24,611 nucleotides of DNA from a virus (taxonomy: Duplodnaviria; Caudoviricetes), in the IMG/VR virus record IMGVR_UViG_3300024232_000069, positions 1-24,611 of that record, one strand, 5' to 3'. The notes below the pieces were generated by a model. The model was not told where the DNA came from and did not search any database. It was given only the letters and a program-made list of their open reading frames with translations. Shown in pieces: positions 15,610 to 24,611 of the stretch (the first letter of the stretch is position 1; every line of letters starts with the position of its first letter). Made by a program: the position numbers and the translations under genes.

Positions 15610-17442
15610 ATGGCTACGCAGCAAGGTCAGCCCGTTTCAAATCTGGTTCACGTCCAGGTGCTCTTGGGTACGCCCGCGGCTCAGGGACAAAATGTGGATA
15701 CGATGTTGATCCTCGGCAATACGCCGAATGTGATCGATACCTCCCTACGCATGAAGACCTATTCAACCTTGAATGAGGTCGCCAATGATTTTGGCACAAC
15801 GGCGCCCGAATATCTCGCTGCGCAAGCTTGGTTCTCGCAGTCGCCCCAACCGATCACGCTTAACATCGGGTTCTGGGCGAAGGCGGCAGCGGGGGCGCAT
15901 TTGTCGGGGGCTCGGCTCTCGGCGGCACAGCAACAAATCGCGCAATGGAATCTCGTTACAGCTGGTGGGTTCTTCTACCTCCAGAACGGCGTCGCGCATT
16001 CCATCAGTGGGTTGAACTTCAGCTCCGCGGCAAATCTGAATGCCGTTGCTTCCGCCGTGCAGACAGCCATCCTAGCGGCGGGAGCGCCAGCGGGTTCAAC
16101 CGTTAAATGGGACAGCGACGATGCGCAGTTTGATATCGTCGCGGGGGATACAGGCGTCTTGTCGACGCTGTCCTATATGAGCCCACCAACCGCCTCGGGG
16201 AGTTTAACCTTCTCCGGACAGCCCGTACCAGCGACGGACAGCGTTACGCTTGGCGGCACAGCGATTGCTTTCGTTTCAGGACCGCCCGCCGCGGGGCAGG
16301 TGCAGCTTGGCGCTACGCTCGCTGCGACGTTGACGAATTTGTATAACTATTGCAGCGCCTCAACCGATGTTAACCTCGTGAAGTTCAAATATTACCCCTC
16401 GCCCGATGGCACGCATTTTTATCTGTCCGCGGCTGCACCTGGCGTAGCGGGCAATTCGTTGACTTTGACGAGAGCCGGCACGGTCATCACTGTTTCAGGC
16501 GCCACGCTAACAGGGGGCACAGGGACTGATATTTCAGCGATGATGATGGCTCAGCAAGCCAACGGCGCGACGATATCGCAGGGCATCGCTGCTGAAACGC
16601 CATTGTCGGCGGTTGTCTTGCTTGACGATATGTATTCAAATCAATGGTACGGACTGGCAGTGCTTGGAGCGAGCAATCCCGATCTTGTCGCCATCGCTGG
16701 TTATATTGAAGGGGCGAATATTAAACACTATCTAACCGTTACCGATATGGATCCCCTTGTTGTGCAGGCTGCTGAAACGTCAAGCTTGACCTATCAGCTA
16801 TCGCAGCTGAAGTATAACAAGTCAAGTGCACAATATAGCTCCAGCAATCCCTACGCCGGCATCAGTTATCTCGCTCGCATCTTGACAACGAACTGGGAGG
16901 GCAATAATACTGTCATCACAGAGATGTACAAGCAGGAGCCGGGTATCCTCGCTGAGAGCTTGTCGACATCCCAGTTGAAAAATATCACAGATAAAAATGG
17001 CAACGTTTTCGTTAACTATAACAACGATACGGCGATCATTCAGAACGGGACTTGCGCGAGCGGTCAGTATACGGATACCATCATTGGTGCTGACTGGTAC
17101 GCGATTCAACTTCAGACGGAGGTCTTCAATCTGCTTTATACAACGCCAACCAAGATCCCGCAGACCGATGCCGGTATGAACATGATCCATGCCGTACTCG
17201 ATGCGGTCTCAGCGCGAGCGGTTAACAACGGCTTCCTCGCGCCAGGTACTTGGCAGTTGCCCGGCTTCGGTACCCTCACCCTGGGGCAATATCTGAGTAA
17301 GGGGTACTACATCTTTCAACCTCCGATCGCGACCCAGCCAGCATCGTTGCGACAGACGCGCGTTTCAGTGCCGTTTCAGATCGCGGCGAAACTCGCTGGA
17401 GCGGTGCACACGGCGGACATCACTGTAACAATCAACCAGTAA
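15610..17442 (+). CDS. Contractile tail sheath protein (DUF3383 family)
   Basis: DFGTTAPEYLAA..WFSQSPQP, YKQEPG, NVFVNYNNDTAI, KIPQTDAG, NNGFLAPGTW, KLAGAVH. Confidence 0.92.
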   Translation: MATQQGQPVSNLVHVQVLLGTPAAQGQNVDTMLILGNTPNVIDTSLRMKTYSTLNEVANDFGTTAPEYLAAQAWFSQSPQPITLNIGFWAKAAAGAHLSGARLSAAQQQIAQWNLVTAGGFFYLQNGVAHSISGLNFSSAANLNAVASAVQTAILAAGAPAGSTVKWDSDDAQFDIVAGDTGVLSTLSYMSPPTASGSLTFSGQPVPATDSVTLGGTAIAFVSGPPAAGQVQLGATLAATLTNLYNYCSASTDVNLVKFKYYPSPDGTHFYLSAAAPGVAGNSLTLTRAGTVITVSGATLTGGTGTDISAMMMAQQANGATISQGIAAETPLSAVVLLDDMYSNQWYGLAVLGASNPDLVAIAGYIEGANIKHYLTVTDMDPLVVQAAETSSLTYQLSQLKYNKSSAQYSSSNPYAGISYLARILTTNWEGNNTVITEMYKQEPGILAESLSTSQLKNITDKNGNVFVNYNNDTAIIQNGTCASGQYTDTIIGADWYAIQLQTEVFNLLYTTPTKIPQTDAGMNMIHAVLDAVSARAVNNGFLAPGTWQLPGFGTLTLGQYLSKGYYIFQPPIATQPASLRQTRVSVPFQIAAKLAGAVHTADITVTINQ

Positions 17443-17454
17443 TAGGAGCGGGTG

Positions 17455-17913
17455 ATGCCCTTCCCATACACCTATTCGTTTGAATCTGTCAACGCAACGA
17501 TTACCGGACCGAACGGCACTTTCTCCATCGGTCAGGGGGCTGGCGTTGATGAAGCGGGTATCACGGTTGAAATGGCGGAACCAAAGAATACCCGCACAAC
17601 CGGCGCCGATGGGCTCTGGATGCACTCGCTACATGCGGGCAAATCGGGCAAGATCACCGTTCGCTTGTTGAAGAACTCACATACCAATCTCTTGCTGAAC
17701 GCGATGTACAATGGGGATACAAACAACCCCGCTGCGCACGGACAGAATACGATCACAATCAGCAACGTCCTATCGGGCGATGTTATCACCGGGCAGGGCT
17801 GCGCATTCGCTCAACAACCGACCATAACGTATTCGAAAGATGGCCAGCTTGTTGAATGGGCGTTTGACGTGGGTCGCATCGAGGAGACATTAGGCGCGGG
17901 GGCGGTGCTCTAA
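17455..17913 (+). CDS. Tail tube protein (DUF3277-like)
   Basis: AGGAG RBS; TYSF..V.ATITGP, GADG..MHSLHAGKSGKITVRLLK; follows the sheath gene. Confidence 0.88.
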   Translation: MPFPYTYSFESVNATITGPNGTFSIGQGAGVDEAGITVEMAEPKNTRTTGADGLWMHSLHAGKSGKITVRLLKNSHTNLLLNAMYNGDTNNPAAHGQNTITISNVLSGDVITGQGCAFAQQPTITYSKDGQLVEWAFDVGRIEETLGAGAVL

Positions 17914-17928
17914 TCAGGGAGCGACTGC

Positions 17929-18402
17929 GTGGAACTAGAGCTTAACGGCCACACTTATATCGTGGGCCAAATGAAATCGCGCCAACAGCGTAACGTGCTG
18001 CGACGTGTCCTCCCGCTCATTGTCGCCAGCAAGAGCTTACTGACGCAGGTCTCTCGCGCATTGGGCGAAATGGCGGACATGCCATCGGACACCAATGCAG
18101 AGGTCAGCAATGTCGACGAGCTATTTAATGCGGCAGGCCCGCTCGCTGAGGCCCTGTCATCGATGCCCGACGAGCAATTCGACTATATCTTTGACACGTG
18201 TCTAGCGGTCGTCCGACGGCGTGTAGCCGGGGGATTGGTCGACATCGTCATCGCATCGGGCGAGCTACGATTTGAAGACATCAAGCTGGCGGAGCAACTG
18301 CAGTTGATCTTTGCCGTGATAAAGGAGAATTACAGCGATTTTTTGGGCGGACTCCCTGGGTTATCGAGCGCAAGAGCCGCAGCGCTTCCGCCCGCAGCGT
18401 AG
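17929..18402 (+). CDS. Tail assembly chaperone (G-like)
   Basis: GTG start with GGGAG RBS; located between tube and tape measure; ends with ENYSDFL at a slippery site. Confidence 0.8.
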   Translation: MELELNGHTYIVGQMKSRQQRNVLRRVLPLIVASKSLLTQVSRALGEMADMPSDTNAEVSNVDELFNAAGPLAEALSSMPDEQFDYIFDTCLAVVRRRVAGGLVDIVIASGELRFEDIKLAEQLQLIFAVIKENYSDFLGGLPGLSSARAAALPPAA

Positions 18403-18587
18403 AGCTAGCATCGGCGCCAGATGGCGACGATTGGTATTACCGTCCGGTTGAAAGAGGGCTCTGTACTTACACGGAGCTTGTTTATGGTCCGATAACTTTG
18501 TATGATATCGCTGTTATGAATGACATCATCGATTTAACCGAGGAAAATCGTTTACGTTTAGAGGATGCAGCTAATGAGCGGAAGTAG
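18339..18587 (+). CDS. -1 frameshift extension of the tail chaperone (GT-like), missing from the ORF track
   Basis: Slippery heptamer T TTT TTG at 18339-18345. The -1 frame is open to TAG18587 and encodes ...PDGDDWYYRPVERGLCTYTELVYGPITLYDIAVMNDIIDLTEENR. Confidence 0.75.
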   Translation, partial: FFGRTPWVIERKSRSASARSVELASAPDGDDWYYRPVERGLCTYTELVYGPITLYDIAVMNDIIDLTEENRLRLEDAANERK

Positions 18588-20733
18588 TGGATCGTCAAGC
18601 AGCGGAGGCGGTCGGTCCACAATCCGTGACTTCCTCGTAGGACTTGGCGTCCAGGTTAATCAAACCGACATCCGAACATTCGTTTCAGCTGTCGATAGCA
18701 TGACTTTTGCTATCGTGAAATTTGAAACACGCCTCCTTGATCTAGCCGGACAACTTCAGCGTGCGCTAACGCAGGTCGCTGAAGCGCTGGAGCAAATGTA
18801 CTACACGGCTGACCGCGCGAACACGACCGTTTCAAATCTACGCGCGCTGCAATATGGCATGAGCCAAATCGGGCTCAGCGCGCAGGACGCCAACCAAGCA
18901 CTCGAGAGCTTGGCGATGTCCATGCGGATCAACCCTGGCAACGAAAGCTTGCTGCGGTACCTTGGCGTTCAAACCCGAGACATGAAAGGCAATATGCGTG
19001 ACACGTCTCTCGTAATGGGAGACTTTATCGCGCGCTTGAGTAAGATGCCCTTCTTCATCGCTGCGCAGTATGCAGAGATGTTTGGCATCAATGCGCGCAC
19101 CCTTTACATGCTCTTGCAAAACTATAGCGCTTTGCAAAAGGGCGAGGAGCGCCATAAGGATCTGGCGCGCCAGACAGGCGTTGATCTCGACCGCGCGGCT
19201 CGCGTATCGCATGACTTCATGACCGTGATCCGCGAGACCGGTGAAATTGTCTACCTTATGTGGGTTAAGGTTTCAACCGCCTTGATGGAGAAGCTCCGTC
19301 CTGGTTTGGTTGAGGTTAACAAGTGGCTGTTGAAACATGCAAAAGATATCGAGGGCGCCGCGCTTGCTATCGCTGGCATGTTTCAGGGCGTCATCAATGA
19401 TATTGTCGAGATATTTCCCTACATCGATGCGCTCATTAAAAATACGGTTGGTTGGAAAGCCGTATTCGAAGCCATTGGCGTTGTTATTCTATACCGCATC
19501 CTTGGGCCGATTGGCTTGGTCATCGCAGCGCTTGACTATGCTTACAACTTATATAAAGCCTGGAAATCTGATCCAGACAAGTTTATGAAGATCCCTGAGC
19601 ATCCCGAGACGGGCGGCGTTGAGCCTTACGACCCCTTCGACCCAAAGAATGAGGCGCGCTCGCGGGAGTACTGGGCTAAGAAATGGGAAGAGTTTCGCAA
19701 GCGTTATCTGCCCGGCGGTATCGACACGCGAATTCCTGAAGGTCCAGATACTGGCGCCCCGGGCGAAACAACGCCAGCTGAAACAGAGAAATATTATCAG
19801 CGGAGGGCTGAAGAGGCGCGCAAGAAGTGGGAGGAAATGCAGAAGTCCTGGGAGCAGTTTTTCAAAACAAATCCGGCTAACCCTAACCAAGCGATCCCGC
19901 AGAGCGGCACGGGTTTTGATCCATCGATGGTGCATCCCGCTGCCTATACAGTTGGTTCAACCTCTACCGCGAGCCTCGCTACAACCGATCCGCATTTCAT
20001 CGCCCAGGCGATGTTTTTAATCACGGCGATGTCGCGTATGTTGCGCGATGATATCGATTACTTTCTTCGTCAGATGTTTGATGGTTTCAAAGAGTTCATC
20101 CGTTGGGGTGCTAACCCGCAAAGTCAATTCCCGATGCCAATGCCAGGCGTCGCTCTCGCTGACGCGTTTAGTGGCTTGGTTCCGGCTAAGCTTGGCGGAC
20201 TAGATCCCCAGATTGAAGCAGAGGTTCGCCGCCAAGCGCGAGCTAAGGGTCTCGATGAAGAGCATATGGTCAATCTCGCTCGTGCAGAGGGCGGGGGCTT
20301 CGATAACGTATCGCCATCGGGCGCGATTGGCCCCATGCAACTCACGACAGGGACCGCGAACCAGTTAAATGTCGATCCGCATAACTGGATGCAAAACATT
20401 GAAGGGGGCATGCGTTACTTTGCCGAACAACTGAAACGGTTCGGCAGCTATGCGGCCGCGGACGCTGCTTACAATGCGGGTCCAGAGGGGCGCGGGGTCG
20501 CGCTGTTCGCACAAACGGGCGACCCTCGTTCATTGCCACTTGAAACGCAACGTTACATCATGGGAATAAACCGCATACAATCGCATCTTGGCGGGGCGCC
20601 GGTTGTTAATCAGCGCACAGAGATCCACGTACATGGCGGTGAGCCGCATGCGACAGCTAAAGAGGTCTCGCTTCAACAGGACCATGTTAATGCAGCACTT
20701 GTGCGTAATTTTAGAACGGCTGTGATAGCATGA
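18574..20733 (+). CDS. Tape measure protein with C-terminal SLT lytic transglycosylase domain
   Basis: GAGGA before ATG18574; TIRDFLVGLG N-terminus; helical body with a hydrophobic segment; SLT motifs AEGG, GAIGPMQL, NIEGGMRY, AAYNAG. Confidence 0.88.
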   Translation: MSGSSGSSSSGGGRSTIRDFLVGLGVQVNQTDIRTFVSAVDSMTFAIVKFETRLLDLAGQLQRALTQVAEALEQMYYTADRANTTVSNLRALQYGMSQIGLSAQDANQALESLAMSMRINPGNESLLRYLGVQTRDMKGNMRDTSLVMGDFIARLSKMPFFIAAQYAEMFGINARTLYMLLQNYSALQKGEERHKDLARQTGVDLDRAARVSHDFMTVIRETGEIVYLMWVKVSTALMEKLRPGLVEVNKWLLKHAKDIEGAALAIAGMFQGVINDIVEIFPYIDALIKNTVGWKAVFEAIGVVILYRILGPIGLVIAALDYAYNLYKAWKSDPDKFMKIPEHPETGGVEPYDPFDPKNEARSREYWAKKWEEFRKRYLPGGIDTRIPEGPDTGAPGETTPAETEKYYQRRAEEARKKWEEMQKSWEQFFKTNPANPNQAIPQSGTGFDPSMVHPAAYTVGSTSTASLATTDPHFIAQAMFLITAMSRMLRDDIDYFLRQMFDGFKEFIRWGANPQSQFPMPMPGVALADAFSGLVPAKLGGLDPQIEAEVRRQARAKGLDEEHMVNLARAEGGGFDNVSPSGAIGPMQLTTGTANQLNVDPHNWMQNIEGGMRYFAEQLKRFGSYAAADAAYNAGPEGRGVALFAQTGDPRSLPLETQRYIMGINRIQSHLGGAPVVNQRTEIHVHGGEPHATAKEVSLQQDHVNAALVRNFRTAVIA

Positions 20734-21578
20734 GTGGTATCTTATCTGGACTTTTCGCAACGGGCGGGCAGAGCATTGGCGCGCTCGTTTCAGGCGGCGG
20801 TGCGGCGATCATTCAAGGGATCGTCACGGGTTCAACGCGTCAGATCGTCTGGCCGATTGTCGATCAGTTAGGACCAACGATCACAGGTCTTGTGCAGTCC
20901 GCGGGCTTGGGTGGTGTGCTCAATACAATTGGCGATTTAGGGCTTGTTTCAGGTTTAGGTGGCTACGTCGCGATCCTCGAGGAGCACAACGATGAATTAG
21001 AGATCACCCAGCACCCCGTTCAACAGGGCGCTACGATCTCTGACCATGCGTACAAGCTACCAGCACGGTTGTCCATGCAAATCGGCTGGACGACGTCCTC
21101 TAGCTTGGCGAGCAAGGCGCCTAACCTGCTTGGCGCGCTGACCCAGCCAATCACGCCACTCGATATCGCGAGCTTGTTTACATCCGGCGGTTCAGACTTC
21201 TTTATCCGTCGGATATACTCACGCTTGCTGAGCCTCCAAGCGCAGCGCTCGATGGCGACAATCTACACGGGCAAGCGCGTTTACAATAACATGCTGCTGC
21301 AGTCGCTGTCGACAAGGACAGCCGCCGCGACCGAGCATTGCTTGATTGTTTCAGCATCGTTTCATGAAGTCATATTGGCAAAGGTGACAACCGTCACAGT
21401 GCCAACTAATCCCGATGCGCAGAAGCTCCCGCAGGATACCGGACCCATTGTTAATAATGGGCCCCAGCAACCCGCGCCGGCTCCCGAGTTTAACCCCGAT
21501 TCAGAGGTGATCCCGCCGCCTCCAGCGCCACCACCTGTTCCCCCACCAGCTACAGCGGAGGGAGGGATTGACGTATGA
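20730..21578 (+). CDS. Dit-like tail tube initiator / baseplate protein
   Basis: ATGA overlap; EEHNDELEITQHPVQQGATISDHAY, TGKRVYNNMLL. Confidence 0.82.
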   Translation: MSGILSGLFATGGQSIGALVSGGGAAIIQGIVTGSTRQIVWPIVDQLGPTITGLVQSAGLGGVLNTIGDLGLVSGLGGYVAILEEHNDELEITQHPVQQGATISDHAYKLPARLSMQIGWTTSSSLASKAPNLLGALTQPITPLDIASLFTSGGSDFFIRRIYSRLLSLQAQRSMATIYTGKRVYNNMLLQSLSTRTAAATEHCLIVSASFHEVILAKVTTVTVPTNPDAQKLPQDTGPIVNNGPQQPAPAPEFNPDSEVIPPPPAPPPVPPPATAEGGIDV

Positions 21579-21886
21579 GTACGGTTGTTATGATCCCTTT
21601 GTCTCCACAATCGCAAGCGCTCTCGATAACGCTAGCCGGTAAGACATATAACATGCTCGTGCGCTGGTGCCGGGTCGGTCAGATGTGGGTTCTCGATATC
21701 GCGGATGTCAATGATGTCGCGATCTTAAACGGCGTACCGCTTGTTACCGGAGCCGATCTGTTAGCGCAGTATCCCCATCTTAACTTTGGAGGTCAACTGC
21801 TCGTGCAAACCGCTCACGCGCCTTATGATATCCCAACGTACGCTAACCTGGGAATCGAGGGCCAACTGTACTTCCGCACAGGATGA
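21575..21886 (+). CDS. Baseplate plug-like protein
   Basis: IPL.P..Q...ITL, WVLDI, GVPLVTGADLLAQY, PTYANLG. Confidence 0.78.
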   Translation: MSTVVMIPLSPQSQALSITLAGKTYNMLVRWCRVGQMWVLDIADVNDVAILNGVPLVTGADLLAQYPHLNFGGQLLVQTAHAPYDIPTYANLGIEGQLYFRTG

Positions 21887-22848
21887 GCGGGCTCGCGCAA
21901 TCGCAATGGCTCCGTCAGGGCACATTGATTGTTGGCAAGACGGTAGATCCCGGCGCAGCGGAGCAACCCGCGCTTGACCTCTCAGAGCTTAAGTTTCATT
22001 TCAACATCCGACAGCAAGATGCGACAACGCCTAACACAGCGACGATCCGCGTTTATAATCTCGCTGAGCAAACCGCGCAGTTAATTCAAACAGAGTTTAG
22101 TCGCGTTGTCTTGCAAGCGGGCTACAAATATACAACAAGTGGCATCATCTTTGATGGTACAATTGTGCAGACGCGCAAGGGGCGCGAGCGCAACGTTGAC
22201 AGTTACCTAGATATCATGGCGGCTGAGGGAACCTTGCCGTATCAGTTCGCGGTGGTTAATAAAACATTGGCCCCTGGGTCAACACCAAAGGACCAGGCCA
22301 ATGCGATCTCCGAAGCCCTTAAACCCTACAACCTCACAATCGGGAATGATGCAGGCCTTGTGGGCGGCACTCTGCCAAGAGGTAAGGTTCTTTTTGGCAT
22401 GGCTTTGGCTCATCTGGACCAACTTACTGAAACCACCGGATCGACGTGGGTGATCCAGCGCGGGCAGATTAATGTCGTGCCGCTAACCGGTTACCTGGCT
22501 GGTGAAGCGGTGCAGTTAAACTCGAGTACTGGCTTGATTGGAACGCCTGAAGCGACGCAAGAGGGCATCAAACTTCAATGTCTAATCAACCCCAAGATCA
22601 GACTTGGTGGCCGTATCCAGATCAATAATCGTGACATAAACACCGTGATTAATCGTGGACCCCCGCTCGCGAGCCCTGTCAACCCTTTTGGTGGGGCTTT
22701 CGCATCAGTGACAGCGGACGGGTTTTATCGTGTGGTTGTTATCGAGTATGAAGGCGATTCGCGCGGCGAGCCCTGGTATCAAAACATCATCGCGCTCGCC
22801 ATCGATCAATCCGCGCCGGCTGACAAATCGGTTAAGATGTATCCATAG
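21883..22848 (+). CDS. Baseplate hub protein
   Basis: PNTATIRVYNL, LQAGY, IFDGTI, LPRGKV, TGLIGTP, CLINP, GDSRGEPWY. Confidence 0.85.
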   Translation: MSGLAQSQWLRQGTLIVGKTVDPGAAEQPALDLSELKFHFNIRQQDATTPNTATIRVYNLAEQTAQLIQTEFSRVVLQAGYKYTTSGIIFDGTIVQTRKGRERNVDSYLDIMAAEGTLPYQFAVVNKTLAPGSTPKDQANAISEALKPYNLTIGNDAGLVGGTLPRGKVLFGMALAHLDQLTETTGSTWVIQRGQINVVPLTGYLAGEAVQLNSSTGLIGTPEATQEGIKLQCLINPKIRLGGRIQINNRDINTVINRGPPLASPVNPFGGAFASVTADGFYRVVVIEYEGDSRGEPWYQNIIALAIDQSAPADKSVKMYP

Positions 22849-22857
22849 GAGGCTAAC

Positions 22858-23514
22858 ATCGATCAGAAGGAAAGATCGTCCGATTATGTAGCGGCTGTGA
22901 AGGTCGCGCTCGCTGGGATGCAGCGCAACCTATGGACAGCCCTCCCTGGTATCGTGCAGGCGTTCAACAGCGCTGATAATACGGTTGACGTACGGCCAGC
23001 TATCAAAGCTACTGTACTCAAGCTTGACCCCAAGAGTGGCGTCCAGAGCCCTGTTGAGACGGAACTCCCGCTCCTCATAAAAGTGCCCTTGCACCAGATA
23101 GCGGGCGGCTCGTTTGTCATCGATATTCAACCTTCGCCGGGCGACGAGGTTACCGTTTTGTTCGCGTCGCGCTGCATCGATGGCTGGTGGCAGTCGGGAG
23201 GGGTGCAGAGCCAGATTGAGCACCGCACGCACAATCTGTCGGATGGCATCGCGATCCCTGGACTGTTTAGCGCTCAGCGTGCGAACGGGCAGAACATGGG
23301 CGCGGCTGGATTGAAGATCCGTAGCCTCGATGGTTCAACGTTTATCCATATGCCAGGTGGCGGCAAAGTTAACATAACCGCTCCGGGTGGGGTAACCATA
23401 ACAGGCGACATTCACGCGACCGGCGCGATTACAAGCAACGGGCATGCGATTGACAGCACGCATAGACACAAAGATGTTCAACCAGGCGGCGGTCTCTCAG
23501 GGGTACCACAGTAA
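22858..23514 (+). CDS. Baseplate central spike (Gp138 / gpV-like), probable ATC start
   Basis: AGGAGG 5 nt before in-frame ATC; WTALPGIV, GDE...F..RCIDGWWQSGG, R.HNLSDG, C-terminal HRH iron-binding apex. Confidence 0.85.
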   Translation: MDQKERSSDYVAAVKVALAGMQRNLWTALPGIVQAFNSADNTVDVRPAIKATVLKLDPKSGVQSPVETELPLLIKVPLHQIAGGSFVIDIQPSPGDEVTVLFASRCIDGWWQSGGVQSQIEHRTHNLSDGIAIPGLFSAQRANGQNMGAAGLKIRSLDGSTFIHMPGGGKVNITAPGGVTITGDIHATGAITSNGHAIDSTHRHKDVQPGGGLSGVPQ

Positions 23515-23918
23515 TGCGGGTACGAGCGCTTGATCCAAACGGCGATATGACCTTTGGCTATAGTGGGCAAGCGTTTCTGATTAACTCGAGCGCGGCTGTA
23601 GCGCAGGGCGTTAAGACGCGTTTAGGGCTTTGGCAAGGTGAATGGTTTCTTGACCTAAACGAAGGCACGCCTTACCTTACGCAGGTTGTTGGGACGCATG
23701 GCATCAATCTGTACGACCAAGCGATTACAACGCGCATACTGGGGTCCACAGGCGTTCTCGCGCTGACAACCTATAGCAGCGACCTTGATCGTGTAACGCG
23801 TGCGCTGACCGTCCAGGCGGCTGTTAGCACGGTATTTGGGGATACGGTGCTGACGCGCTCGCTCTCAGCGATCCCCGCGGCTGTTCTACCCTCGAATGCC
23901 GCATCGCGCGTACGATAA
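23514..23918 (+). CDS. Baseplate wedge / sheath initiator (gp25 / Mu gp46-like)
   Basis: TAATG overlap; MRVRALD.NGD.TFG, AVAQ.VKTRL.LWQGEWFLD..EGTPY. Confidence 0.85.
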   Translation: MRVRALDPNGDMTFGYSGQAFLINSSAAVAQGVKTRLGLWQGEWFLDLNEGTPYLTQVVGTHGINLYDQAITTRILGSTGVLALTTYSSDLDRVTRALTVQAAVSTVFGDTVLTRSLSAIPAAVLPSNAASRVR

Positions 23919-23932
23919 AAATGTGGTGATGA

Positions 23933-24610
23933 ATGACCGATTATCCGCTGCCAACTTTAGGACCAACGATTAATCAAGCGGGCATCACAGCCCCCTCGTA
24001 CAACGATGTTTTGTTGTCATTGCAAGCGAGCTATCGCGCGATTTATGGATCAGATGTACTCCTCGATCCCGATACGCAAGATGGGCAATGGCTGGCGATA
24101 CAGGCTAAGGCGATCTCTGATTGTAACCAAGCTTGCATATTTGTATACAATCAATTCAGTCCAGCGACCTCGCAAGGCAATGGGCTATCATCGGTTGTTA
24201 AGATCAACGGCATATCGCGCCGCGTGCCGACTAATTCGATAGCGGTTGTTTCAATCGTCGGGCAAGCCGGCTCTCGGATCACAAATGGCCTGGTCGGGGA
24301 TAACCAGACAAAGACAACGCAATGGGCTCTACCAGCGATTGTTGATATTCCGGACGCTGGCACGATTGACGTTTCAGCGACTTGTACAACGGTTGGTGCT
24401 ATCGATGCAGCGCCCAATACGTTAACCGTGCTACTAACGCCAACAGCTGGTTGGCAGACAGTCAATAATGCCTCGAGCGCCAGCCTTGGGGAGCCCGTCG
24501 AGACAGACGCGCAGTTAAGGGTTCGGCAAGCTTCCTCAACGCAGCTATCGAGCAGTAGCGTGCTCGGTGGGATTGTTGGCCGCATCATTAGTTTGCCAGG
24601 CGTCACCGAT
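23933..24610 (+). CDS. Baseplate J-like wedge protein, 3'-truncated (missing from the ORF track)
   Basis: ATG23933: MTDYPLPTLGPTINQAGITAPSY...IYGSD...DGQW...FSPATSQG.GLSSVVKINGI.R...GWQTVNN...ETDAQLRVRQ; open to the window end. Confidence 0.9.
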   Translation, partial: MTDYPLPTLGPTINQAGITAPSYNDVLLSLQASYRAIYGSDVLLDPDTQDGQWLAIQAKAISDCNQACIFVYNQFSPATSQGNGLSSVVKINGISRRVPTNSIAVVSIVGQAGSRITNGLVGDNQTKTTQWALPAIVDIPDAGTIDVSATCTTVGAIDAAPNTLTVLLTPTAGWQTVNNASSASLGEPVETDAQLRVRQASSTQLSSSSVLGGIVGRIISLPGVTD

Positions 24611-24611
24611 T

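Noticed and set aside
1-24611. Gene transfer agent, tailocin or contractile injection system; integrase, transposase, intron or DGR
   Set aside because: A full head plus contractile tail with accessory genes indicates a phage. No recombinase, transposase, homing endonuclease or reverse transcriptase motifs were seen, so prophage versus lytic phage cannot be decided here.

Overview
The window is a contiguous virion-morphogenesis region of a tailed phage or prophage with a contractile tail (myovirus of the DUF1073-portal / DUF2213-protease / DUF2184-capsid / DUF3383-sheath type). It runs from a 5'-truncated portal gene through the head, neck, sheath, tube, chaperone, tape measure (with a lytic transglycosylase domain) and baseplate genes to a 3'-truncated baseplate J gene. 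Two insertions stand out. (1) At 2648-5592 an accessory island splits the head genes. It holds a candidate Acb2/Tad1-like helical-hairpin protein, a structured intergenic RNA candidate, and five small minus-strand genes, three of which sit behind a repeated promoter + 5' stem-loop + RBS cassette. (2) At 9833-13994 a fibre/spike-like module sits in the neck region, and four consecutive genes there encode classical cleavable Sec signal peptides (all A|Q) on Cys-containing mature domains. This suggests virion appendages that are exported and folded in the periplasm. Other signals: a -1 frameshift in the tail chaperone, a probable ATC start codon for the spike gene, a consensus CtrA box before the major capsid gene (pointing to an alphaproteobacterial host), recurrent T-x-D putative maturation sites, and an over-represented GTTTCAG motif. 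All family assignments come from motif recall and synteny, not from database searches.
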